From Fibrobacterota bacterium (GTDB lineage: Bacteria; Fibrobacterota; Fibrobacteria; UBA11236), in contig JAYUVP010000353.1 in assembly GCA_043753995.1 (NCBI GenBank), forward strand, positions 1-34,082: 34,082 bases of DNA, in the 5' to 3' direction. This document shows positions 1-8,514 of this stretch, in pieces (position 1 is the stretch's first letter; every line of letters starts with the position of its first letter). The translations under genes were made by a program, and so were the position numbers. The notes under the pieces were generated by a model that saw only the letters and a program-made list of their open reading frames with translations, ran no database searches and was not told where the DNA came from.

Positions 1-1
1 G

Positions 2-814
2 ATAGCCGCCAAGGAAACCCCCGGAAATAGCGTGAATGGACTTTCTGGTCGAGGTGAAGGTGGGCTCGGCATTCCCTTTTTGAAAACTCTGGCCAAAGCC
101 TATCCCGATTACAACTTCGGTGTGGTCAGCACGGCTACGGTTTCCTGCACCCTGAAGGGCGTGAATACAGGCAATAACAATTCAGGCTTCGAAGCCGACA
201 GCAATCGTTATTGGAAGGGCGCCAAGCTCTACAATGAAATCGTCATCGCTGCAAAAGAAATTCAGAATGATGTGACTTTAGCCGGTGTGATTTGCATGCT
301 CGGTACCGTGGATGCCACGCGAACGTCCGAAGAGACCTGCCGCAGTTTTTCCGACGACGCCAAGCAAATGGTGACCGACTTGCGGACGGATCTGGGTGCG
401 CCCAATTTGCCCTTTATCATGGCCGAATATGAAGCGGGATCCACGGGAAAATTCGCACTAAGCATGCCTTGGCCCACCCTAGTGGATGCGCAGATCAAGC
501 TCATTCCTTCCAAATTGAATGTGTCCGCGACCATCAATTCTGTTGGCATACAAATGGCCGACGATCACCACTACACATGTCTGGTAGGGCAGCCAGAATT
601 AGCCAAGCGTGTCGTCGACATGATCAAAACCAAGAATTGGATGCCGCCACCTTCCGGCACGGCAATATCAATAAAATCAGGGTATTCGCCACTCCGTGGT
701 GAGGCCGCCCAGGCCGTGACGATTTCACGCGCTAAGCCAGGCCTCAAGATTTTCTCGGCTCACCAGGATTTGTTCGGAGCGAATGGTCGCCGCCTACAAG
801 TCCTGGTGCCTTAA
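2..814 (+). CDS. SGNH-fold esterase, sialate O-acetylesterase/CE6-like, 5'-truncated by the window
   Basis: Frame is open from position 2. GLGIPFLKTLAKAYP..GVV segment, MLGTVDA, DLRTDLGAPNLPFI and the catalytic-type DxxH motif (DDHH) match CE6/SASA esterases. C-terminal DLFGANGRR tail. Confidence 0.7.
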   Translation: MAAKETPGNSVNGLSGRGEGGLGIPFLKTLAKAYPDYNFGVVSTATVSCTLKGVNTGNNNSGFEADSNRYWKGAKLYNEIVIAAKEIQNDVTLAGVICMLGTVDATRTSEETCRSFSDDAKQMVTDLRTDLGAPNLPFIMAEYEAGSTGKFALSMPWPTLVDAQIKLIPSKLNVSATINSVGIQMADDHHYTCLVGQPELAKRVVDMIKTKNWMPPPSGTAISIKSGYSPLRGEAAQAVTISRAKPGLKIFSAHQDLFGANGRRLQVLVP

Positions 815-842
815 TGGCACCGAAGCCATAGGCACCCAAGCC

Positions 843-1313
843 TTAGGGATTAATGGTAAAGACGGGCGTGGTTCGGTTCTTCAGGGGATCGGTGGGGTGA
901 GAATAGTCTTCAATGCGAATCTGGCATTTCTTGCAGTTAACCAGGGCGTATTTTACGCCGATAGAAGACACGGTATCCTTGATTTTCCATTTATACGTTC
1001 CAAAACCGGGATCCGCAGGATAAAAAGATCCGCCGCTTTTCATGTAGATCCAGTTTTCTCCGTCGGGCGAGATCAGTAGATCCACGGCCTGAATACCGTT
1101 TTCCACGGACTTGATAGTCCATTTCACGGTCAAGGTGTCACCCACCTTGAAAACATCGCCCCCTTTGGGAGATTGGATATTGATGAGCACGCCGTCATCG
1201 GGAGTGGACTCGGTTTGATTGCAGCCATTCCACAAGGCAGCGGCGCTGAATAGGGCAGCGGCGAGGGCGGTGGTTGGCAGGTGAGCAGCAGAAAAAATGG
1301 ATTTTGCTTTCAA
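843..1313 (-). CDS. Hypothetical lipoprotein with small Ig-like beta-sandwich
   Basis: TTG start with GAGG upstream. Hydrophobic signal ending LWNG-C. SPKGGDVFKVGDTLTVKW pattern and CKKC. Confidence 0.7.
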   Translation of the reverse strand: MKAKSIFSAAHLPTTALAAALFSAAALWNGCNQTESTPDDGVLINIQSPKGGDVFKVGDTLTVKWTIKSVENGIQAVDLLISPDGENWIYMKSGGSFYPADPGFGTYKWKIKDTVSSIGVKYALVNCKKCQIRIEDYSHPTDPLKNRTTPVFTINP

Positions 1314-1426
1314 CTTGGGACCTCATGACTTGGAGCGCCCAACTTAATGCCGAAGTTTTGCAAATACAGGTGAAAAAATCGTCTCGAATCAGGCAAATTT
1401 ATGACCTATTGGATTTTGGAGGAAAC

Positions 1427-2455
1427 ATGTCGCTAGGAAGAAAATTTTGGACGGTCGCAACCCTGGGGTTTTGTGCCTTGAGCGGACTGGCCTTGGCCCA
1501 ACCGCCCAAGGGGAAACCTGGTAAGATCGAGGCCGAAGAAGCTGCCAAAATTCAGGCCTTGACCAAGGGACTCAAGGGCAAAATCATTTGGTCCACGTCG
1601 CGCGACGGCAATCACGACATCTATATCATGAATGTCGACGGTAGCGATGCCAAACCCTTGACCAAGGGACCCAAAACCGATTGGTATAGCCACTTCTCAC
1701 CGGACGGCAAGCAAGTCCTTTTCAACCGTTCCAAGCTGGACTGGACCATAGAAACCGACGCGAATTACCCTGAGAGATGGGACACATGGGTCATCAATAG
1801 TGATGGCACGGGTGAAAAACTGCTTATCCCCAATTCAACATGGGCGATTTGGACGCGCGACGGGAAGTCGATTTTGTATTCGCGCGGCCTCAAGGTCTTT
1901 CTTTGCCAGCCCGATGGCACGGGAGAAACCGTGGTGGCGGATGGCGCCAAGGATTTCAAAGGTGGCCTTGCCCAAAGCCCGAGCCTTACCGACGATGGTC
2001 GTTTCCTGGGCATCACCTTGCGTGGCAGTCAACGCGAAACCGGCATACTTGATTTGAAAACACGCAAGTATTTCACCTCGGGGGTGGGCTGCGAATTCAG
2101 CTTTTTTCCGAATTCACGCCGCGGCGTGCGCGTCAATGAAACCGGTAATGGCGGCACCCAGCTCTTTGCCTTCGAACTCAAGGAAGATGGCACGCATGGC
2201 AAGATTGATGGCGGCAAAATCGACGGCAAGAGCGTAGTCTTCATGGATATACCGGGTCGCCGCTCTCACGAATACTTTCCTCGCCTCTCGCCCAAGGGAG
2301 ATTATTTGGTTTGGGGCGCAACCCAGCGTGGCCACGATCATGATTTGGCTGACTATGAGATTTATCTCTGGAAAGTCGGCGAATCCATGGAAACCGCGAC
2401 ACGGATTACATTTCACAGTGGCAATGATCGCTGGCCGGATATTTTCTTCGAATAA
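1427..2455 (+). CDS. Exported TolB-like (PD40) beta-propeller protein
   Basis: Start moved to ATG 1427 after GGAGG. Signal peptide ending ALA-Q. Repeats SRDGNHDIYIMNVDGS, FSPDGKQVLF, WTRDGKSILY, LSPKGDYLVW. Confidence 0.8.
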   Translation: MSLGRKFWTVATLGFCALSGLALAQPPKGKPGKIEAEEAAKIQALTKGLKGKIIWSTSRDGNHDIYIMNVDGSDAKPLTKGPKTDWYSHFSPDGKQVLFNRSKLDWTIETDANYPERWDTWVINSDGTGEKLLIPNSTWAIWTRDGKSILYSRGLKVFLCQPDGTGETVVADGAKDFKGGLAQSPSLTDDGRFLGITLRGSQRETGILDLKTRKYFTSGVGCEFSFFPNSRRGVRVNETGNGGTQLFAFELKEDGTHGKIDGGKIDGKSVVFMDIPGRRSHEYFPRLSPKGDYLVWGATQRGHDHDLADYEIYLWKVGESMETATRITFHSGNDRWPDIFFE

Positions 2456-2488
2456 TCCGGCTCAACCCGGTATCGCTTAAGGACGGTC

Positions 2489-3922
2489 ATGGTATTCACG
2501 GAAGACGTTTTTCTCTTCTATTTCCTGCCCTTGGTTTTGGGGGTCTATTATCTGATCCCCTATCAGAAAAACCCTAAACCGGGCAAGTCGCAATTCTGGT
2601 TGCGCAATCTATGGCTCACGGTTTTGGGCTATGTCTTTTATTCGTGGTTCGAGCCTTGGTTCGTCCTTCCCATGATGTTTACCAATGTTTTCGACTATTG
2701 CTGCGGCCTTTATTTGGGGCGCGAAGGCATTAGCCCCAAGCATAGGCGCATTGCCATGATCATTTCCATGGTGTCGAATTTGAGCTTGCTCGGCGTTTTC
2801 AAATACGGCGTCTTTACCCAGGAAAACCTGAATCACCTATTAGCCATGGTCGGGCAGCCCACTTTCAGCGTGCTGCAAATCGCTTTTCCTCTGGGCATAT
2901 CCTTCTACACCTTTCATAGCATGAGCTATGTCATCGATGTTTATCGCGGTGAAAAGCCGGTGAAGTCTTTTGCGGATTTTTCATGCTTCGTTTCGCTTTT
3001 TCCCCAATTGGTGGCTGGGCCTATCCTTCGTTATAACGTGCTTTCACAGCAATTGCATTCGCGCTCGCACTCCCTGAACTTGTTCGCCCGAGGCGTTCTG
3101 CTTTTCTTCCTGGGTTTTGCCATGAAGATATTGCTGGCCAATCCCGTGGGGCAAATCGCCGACGCCGCCTTCGCTGCGCAATCTCCGCATACCCTCGATG
3201 CCTGGTGGGGCGTATTGGCCTATGCCTTCCAAATCTTTTTCGACTTCAATGGCTATTCGGTGATGGCCTTGGGTTTGGGCATGATGTTCGGCTTTGAACT
3301 CATTCGCAATTTCAATGCGCCCTATCACAGTGAAAGCATCACCGATTTTTGGCGCCGCTGGCACATATCCCTTTCGACCTGGCTGCGCGAATACCTCTAT
3401 GTCCCGCTCGGCGGCAATCGCAAAGGCGAGGTTCGCACCTATATCAATTTGGCCTTGGTCATGCTATTAGGCGGGCTTTGGCATGGGGCGCAATGGCAAT
3501 TCCTGGTTTGGGGCGGCATTCATGGCGCCATGCTAGGCCTGGAAAGATGGGGCGGCAAAAAGCCCTTCTATGCCAATTTGCCGAGGCAAGTGCGCGTGGG
3601 CATCACCTTTTTCGTCATCCTCATCACCTGGGTGTTTTTCCGAGCCGATGGCTTGCCCCATGCTTTTCATTATTTGGGAAGCATGTTCGGATTGACCACA
3701 CCCAGCGCTTTTGCTGGCATGCTTGGCGCCGAAATCTACAGATTTCATGATGTGATCAATATGGCGATTTGCGCCATCGCTGTCGCCCAGCCCATGCAGA
3801 GTTATGAATTCGCCAAATCGCTCTCTTGGGGGAAATACGCCGTGTCCTTTGTGCTTTTTCTGGCGGCAGTCGTCATGATGTATACCCAGGCCTTCAATCC
3901 TTTCCTGTATTTCCAATTCTGA
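2489..3922 (+). CDS. algI: MBOAT O-acetyltransferase, AlgI/PatA-like
   Basis: PLGISFYTFH, FPQLVAGPI, FQIFFDFNGYS, NFNAPY, DFWRRWHISLSTWLREYLYVPLGG, GLWHGA, and C-terminal PFLYFQF. Confidence 0.9.
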   Translation: MVFTEDVFLFYFLPLVLGVYYLIPYQKNPKPGKSQFWLRNLWLTVLGYVFYSWFEPWFVLPMMFTNVFDYCCGLYLGREGISPKHRRIAMIISMVSNLSLLGVFKYGVFTQENLNHLLAMVGQPTFSVLQIAFPLGISFYTFHSMSYVIDVYRGEKPVKSFADFSCFVSLFPQLVAGPILRYNVLSQQLHSRSHSLNLFARGVLLFFLGFAMKILLANPVGQIADAAFAAQSPHTLDAWWGVLAYAFQIFFDFNGYSVMALGLGMMFGFELIRNFNAPYHSESITDFWRRWHISLSTWLREYLYVPLGGNRKGEVRTYINLALVMLLGGLWHGAQWQFLVWGGIHGAMLGLERWGGKKPFYANLPRQVRVGITFFVILITWVFFRADGLPHAFHYLGSMFGLTTPSAFAGMLGAEIYRFHDVINMAICAIAVAQPMQSYEFAKSLSWGKYAVSFVLFLAAVVMMYTQAFNPFLYFQF

Positions 3923-3928
3923 GGCGGC

Positions 3929-5092
3929 ATGCGCAAACTGGAATGGACCTTTGTTTTTTCCCTGCTGGCCGTATGTGCGGGCTTTCCGTTGATTCAAGCG
4001 GGGCGAGAAATCGCGGTGGACAAGGAAGTCCCGCATGTCTTCGATCTTTTCACCCAGACGCCCACCAAAAAGAACCTCCATCACTGGGATGAAACCGGCA
4101 AGGACCGCAGCATTTTCGCCAAATGGCTGCGGCCGAAAACCTTGCAACTTCGCTACGATGTCTTGGGCGAAACCGCCCCCAAATCGGTGCAAGGCCGCGA
4201 CGGGTGGCTCTTCTACAATCAGGATGTGGATTATTTGCTGCAACCACCGTACACGGATACGCGCTTTTACAAGGGCTCTTTCGATACCGTGATTGCGGGC
4301 CGGCGCGTCAATTTGCGCAATCCCCTGGTTGCCATCATCGACTTTCGCGACAAGCTCAAAGCTCGGGGCGTGGAATTACTCTTGGTCCCGATTCCCGGAA
4401 AACCTTCGATTTATCCGGAAAAGGTCTGGCGCAATCTCGACGGGGAACCCGAATCCCCCAGCCTGAAACTCCTAGAGGATTTGCGCGGGCGCGGATTTCA
4501 TGTGGTGGATTTATTCCGCCCTTTGATGGCAGCCAAGGCCAAGGATTATCCCCAGCTTTATCTCAAGCATGACACGCATTGGACCCCACGTGGCCTGGAA
4601 GTCGCCGCCGGCGTCATTGCCGAAGCCATAGGCCATTTGAACTTGGCACCGGATACGGCCCAAGCCCTGCGCTATGCCCTCCAAGACCAAGAAGTGGAGC
4701 GCTGGGGAGATATCGCCGAAATGACCAAGGTACCGGATCGTCGTAAAATATGGGGTAACGAAAAGGTTACGGCCCAGCAAGTCATGGACACCCTGGCGAA
4801 GGCGCCTTATCAAGATGATGCGACGTCACCGATTTTATGGCTGGGCGACAGCTTCTCACGCATTTACCAAACCGACGCTCCGAAAAGCGCGGGCATTATC
4901 GCCCACGTGGCCTATCGCCTCAATCAGCCCCTGGCCTCTATCGTGAATGATGGTGGTGCCTCCACCGTAGTGAGACAGCAATTGGCGCGACGCGGCGAAA
5001 TGCTGGCGAATAAAAAACTTGTCGTGTGGGCATTTGTGGAGCGCGATTTGCGCTTCGGCTCCAAAGGATGGCAATTGGAGGATTTGCCCTGA
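3929..5092 (+). CDS. algJ: AlgJ/AlgX-type SGNH O-acetyltransferase with N-terminal membrane anchor
   Basis: GRDGWLFY, LLVPIPGKPSIYPE, LYLKHDTHWTPRG (D-x-H), WLGDSFS (Ser) and VVWAFVER. Starts 6 bp after the MBOAT gene. Confidence 0.8.
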   Translation: MRKLEWTFVFSLLAVCAGFPLIQAGREIAVDKEVPHVFDLFTQTPTKKNLHHWDETGKDRSIFAKWLRPKTLQLRYDVLGETAPKSVQGRDGWLFYNQDVDYLLQPPYTDTRFYKGSFDTVIAGRRVNLRNPLVAIIDFRDKLKARGVELLLVPIPGKPSIYPEKVWRNLDGEPESPSLKLLEDLRGRGFHVVDLFRPLMAAKAKDYPQLYLKHDTHWTPRGLEVAAGVIAEAIGHLNLAPDTAQALRYALQDQEVERWGDIAEMTKVPDRRKIWGNEKVTAQQVMDTLAKAPYQDDATSPILWLGDSFSRIYQTDAPKSAGIIAHVAYRLNQPLASIVNDGGASTVVRQQLARRGEMLANKKLVVWAFVERDLRFGSKGWQLEDLP

Positions 5093-6729
5093 TTGTGCTT
5101 TTGCCGGCCCTAGCGCTTTGGGCTTGGTTTTGCCTTTGGTTTCCGCTCACCGATACCGACATCTGGTGGCATTTGGCCACGGCGCAATGGATGGCCGCGC
5201 ATCATGCTGTGCCCCGCACCGATCCCTTCTGCTATTCCTCTTTCGGCGCCCCCTGGTTCGATTTGCAATGGGGCTTTCAAATTTTCGTCGGACTGCTTTG
5301 GAAAGCAGGCGGAGCATTCGCACTAGTCTTCGCTAAATGCGCCATCCTTGTTGCCAGCTTGGGGCTTTTGCTTTGGCCGCATTTGCGACGCAGCAATGCC
5401 GCCTGGCTGCTCCCTGCAGCAGCGCTTGGCATTTACCATGTGCGTTATTTTCTCGACATGCGCCCGCTCGTCATTACGCTCTTCGCTCTGAGCGCGCAAT
5501 ATGCCTTGATTCAATTTTCTTTTCGCGGAGGACGAAAGTGGCTGCGCTGGGGAATATTGCCGCTGCAAATCCTCATGGTCAATGTGCAAGGCCTCTTTCC
5601 CCTGGGACTGGTCCTGGTTTTCGCCTTGGTTTTCGGTGAAGCCTGGCAAAGGCGCGAGGCCCAAGCACCAGGGCGAAGCATGGGGGCTTTTCTTCGACCC
5701 TGGTGGGCTCTCCTTATCGTCTTGCTCCTAACGGGCTTTGCCAATCCCTATGGCTGGCAGGGTTATGCCCTTCCACTCGCCTTGTTTGCGCGCATCGTGC
5801 CCACACCGGACAATATTTTCTCCTCGGAAATCGCCGAGAATCTCCCGCTTTGGACTCTCGCCCAAGGCCAGGTCACAGTCCTGTTACCCTGGATTTTCTT
5901 GGGTGCCTTAGGCACATGGGCTTGGCTGCGCGGGCGCGATGCGGCGGGGCGCCGTGATTGGGGTCATGGTCTTGTCTTTCTGTCTTTCGGAGTTTTAGGT
6001 CTCATGGCCCAGCGCAATTTGCCATTGTCTTTGTGGGCCTTAATCATGATACTAGGCCGAGTTAGCAACCTCGGCATCCTCCAAGAATATGCGAAGAGGC
6101 CCGTTTCGACGATGCCCCTTCGCTATGCCTGGCTGGGGATGATAGCCGTGGGCTTGCTCTATCTCGTGCCTCTGAAACGGGCTTGGGAATATGAATTACC
6201 TGGAACCCTACTCACGCCGTTTCGATTTCCAATACAGGCTTCGGAATTCTTGGCCGCCCATCCCATGCCGGGTCAAATTTTTAATGAATTGCGCTTTGGT
6301 GGCTACATGGATTTTCGCCTAACGCCTCATGTGAAACCCTTTGTCGACGGGCGCATGATATTGCGCAATGCGGAATTTTATCGCGAATTTATCAGCGTCG
6401 TCGATCATCCGCATCATTTCGATTCCTATCGCCGACGACACGGATTGACCCAAGCTTTATTACCCATTGGTGAAGACAGGCGCTATGTGCCTTTAGCCGC
6501 CTATTTGTTGCGGCAGAATTGGTCCTTGCTCTATTGCGACGGCGCCGCCATACTCCTGGCCGATCCGGCTGTCGCTTCGGTGCCGAATTTCAACCTCCAT
6601 GCCTTTGTCCCTGGCCAAAAGGAATATGCCGATTTAAACCGGCGCTTTCAGGGCAATGCGAAATTGTTGTCCCTAGCCCAGGACAATGTGAAATATTTGC
6701 GCGTGGCCTGGCTGTCGGAAAAGAATTAA
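5068..6729 (+). CDS. Polytopic membrane protein, GT-C glycosyltransferase-like
   Basis: Acidic loop motif after TM1 (TDTDIWWHLATAQWM..VPRTDPF), many TM segments, ANPYG, and a C-terminal soluble region with FGGY and FVDGR. Start is uncertain (5026-5095) and overlaps or abuts the algJ stop. Confidence 0.6.
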   Translation: MAIGGFALIVLLPALALWAWFCLWFPLTDTDIWWHLATAQWMAAHHAVPRTDPFCYSSFGAPWFDLQWGFQIFVGLLWKAGGAFALVFAKCAILVASLGLLLWPHLRRSNAAWLLPAAALGIYHVRYFLDMRPLVITLFALSAQYALIQFSFRGGRKWLRWGILPLQILMVNVQGLFPLGLVLVFALVFGEAWQRREAQAPGRSMGAFLRPWWALLIVLLLTGFANPYGWQGYALPLALFARIVPTPDNIFSSEIAENLPLWTLAQGQVTVLLPWIFLGALGTWAWLRGRDAAGRRDWGHGLVFLSFGVLGLMAQRNLPLSLWALIMILGRVSNLGILQEYAKRPVSTMPLRYAWLGMIAVGLLYLVPLKRAWEYELPGTLLTPFRFPIQASEFLAAHPMPGQIFNELRFGGYMDFRLTPHVKPFVDGRMILRNAEFYREFISVVDHPHHFDSYRRRHGLTQALLPIGEDRRYVPLAAYLLRQNWSLLYCDGAAILLADPAVASVPNFNLHAFVPGQKEYADLNRRFQGNAKLLSLAQDNVKYLRVAWLSEKN

Positions 6730-6841
6730 AATCGCTATTTATATCACGGAAATGATCGTCTGAATTGAGTGGCGCATAAAAGATCAACCGTAAATTCTTT
6801 TTTGTTGACCTCAGTCATTTCAACCTTCGCAAATACCGCGA

Positions 6842-6870
6842 TTGAATTTTTTCTCCATCCCCGTCATAGT
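6842..6870 (+). promoter_or_regulatory. Possible sigma70-type promoter
   Basis: TTGAAT-N17-CATAGT in an AT-rich intergenic region 46 nt before ATG 6917. Confidence 0.3.
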
Positions 6871-6916
6871 ATGCCAACCGCCAGCAAGCTACGAAAACTG
6901 GGACAAAGGGAAATTC

Positions 6917-8494
6917 ATGAACTTACACATTGGCTTCACTCGGCTAGGCCTCGGTTTAGGATCGGGCGCTTTATTCCTGCAATGCAATTATTCCGCGCCT
7001 GGAGAATCCCAACCTTCAGCCATGGCCATGCGGGCTCAAGGAAGCAGTCCAGCCTGTCAGCCTGAAACTTACTTGCTCATACTTGATGAGGATGCCATTA
7101 GTCCCGGAAGCTTACCGAATCGATTTTCCATTAGGGATGTGAATGCCGACAGTGCGGCCATTGGCAGCCGTTATACCTTGGATTATTTCTCGCAAAATAT
7201 CGGCAATGAAATCACCTTGTCTTCAGGCACCGTGGGAGACGAAGGCTGGTTCGCTCCGACAAGCGTACGCTATTCTTGGAAAAGCGCAGGCCCTGATATT
7301 GGCGATGGCCTGCGTAATTATTACGAAGCCGGCCCAGGACTCGGCAAGCCCGACGCCAAAGGCCGTAAGGAAACCTTGCTGGAAAACGTACCTCAGCTAG
7401 CCCCCCTCCGGGCCATGGGCTTAGCCAGGTTGGAAGGCAAGTCGGTTTGCGGCATAGTACTGCAAGGTGATGTGCGCATGAATTACGCCACGCGCAGTGG
7501 CAATATTCAAGGACCCAATTTGGGAAAGGTGGCCTTTCAGGTTTTGTCCACGCAAAACAGCACGGAGAGCACCCCCCCTCCCCTGCCCTCGGTCAAGGTC
7601 CGAATATTGGATGCCAATGCGGTTTGCGGAGACCCCTTGGTCGCACTCACTACGGCGCCCTTGCCGAAATCCCATTCCGAACCTCGTGACAATGACCGTC
7701 CGTCTTGCTCGGTGCAGCAAAACGTGATCACTGAATCATGGGATTTTTTCGATACCTCATTGTGGGTCGGTGACGGGGATCACGTAGTTGAAAATGGCCG
7801 GTTCTTTGCGCGCGAAGGCGCCAGTTCAGCCGCCGCTGACTATATCACTCCCTGCCCGGTGACCATTGAATCCACCACCGCGGTGCGATTTTCCAACCGC
7901 TTGCAACTCACCAGCCCATCCCAAAGTAATTTGGCCGAAAGCGGCGCCCTATTCATGGTCAATGCCGACAATAATGGCACCTATAAAAATTTCGTCTTTG
8001 TGAATGTGGGCTACACCATGGCACCGAGCAAGGTCTTCGTTGAGCTCTTTGGATCCAATAATGGCGTTGAATTCGATCAATTCGAGGAGACGTCTACGAA
8101 TTATTCCCCCAGCCTATTGTTCACGGTAGACCTTTGGATACGCAATAACGCTTACCAAGTCGGTGTGGCTGGAGAAATGGTGGATACCGTCCGCCTTTCT
8201 TCGAATCTCGCTTCAGTCAGTCTTTTTGAAGTTGGCGTTCAGCAAAATGCCGGGGGAATAAGGGGGCTTATCGAATTGACCTCCATAGACAAACTATGCC
8301 CCAAGGTCAATACCCATCAATGCCGTAAAAAGAATTCCTACAAAGGCAAGCGCTGGCATAGGCGGGTAAGTGAAAAGTGCCGCACTCGCAATGATTATAT
8401 CCGCCTTGCTCGCGAGAAAATGAAACGCTGCCCCAAACCTTCCGCTGGCATACGGTGTCTGGCGAAAATGAAGGAAAGGCCGGAAACCATTTAA
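6917..8494 (+). CDS. Hypothetical two-domain lipoprotein with basic Cys-rich tail
   Basis: ATG 6917 after AAAGGG. Signal ending LFLQ-C. Globular N-domain, beta-rich second domain, and K/R/C-rich C-terminus. Confidence 0.7.
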   Translation: MNLHIGFTRLGLGLGSGALFLQCNYSAPGESQPSAMAMRAQGSSPACQPETYLLILDEDAISPGSLPNRFSIRDVNADSAAIGSRYTLDYFSQNIGNEITLSSGTVGDEGWFAPTSVRYSWKSAGPDIGDGLRNYYEAGPGLGKPDAKGRKETLLENVPQLAPLRAMGLARLEGKSVCGIVLQGDVRMNYATRSGNIQGPNLGKVAFQVLSTQNSTESTPPPLPSVKVRILDANAVCGDPLVALTTAPLPKSHSEPRDNDRPSCSVQQNVITESWDFFDTSLWVGDGDHVVENGRFFAREGASSAAADYITPCPVTIESTTAVRFSNRLQLTSPSQSNLAESGALFMVNADNNGTYKNFVFVNVGYTMAPSKVFVELFGSNNGVEFDQFEETSTNYSPSLLFTVDLWIRNNAYQVGVAGEMVDTVRLSSNLASVSLFEVGVQQNAGGIRGLIELTSIDKLCPKVNTHQCRKKNSYKGKRWHRRVSEKCRTRNDYIRLAREKMKRCPKPSAGIRCLAKMKERPETI

Positions 8495-8514
8495 CTCAGG
8501 CTTGCGATGACGGT

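Noticed and set aside
805..845. 15-bp tandem near-repeat GGCACCsAAGCCwTA and a small hairpin
   Set aside because: Only two copies with no spacer, so not CRISPR. Probably a local duplication at a convergent gene junction.
1427..2455. Calling the propeller gene tolB
   Set aside because: No TolB N-terminal domain and no tolQRA/pal context.
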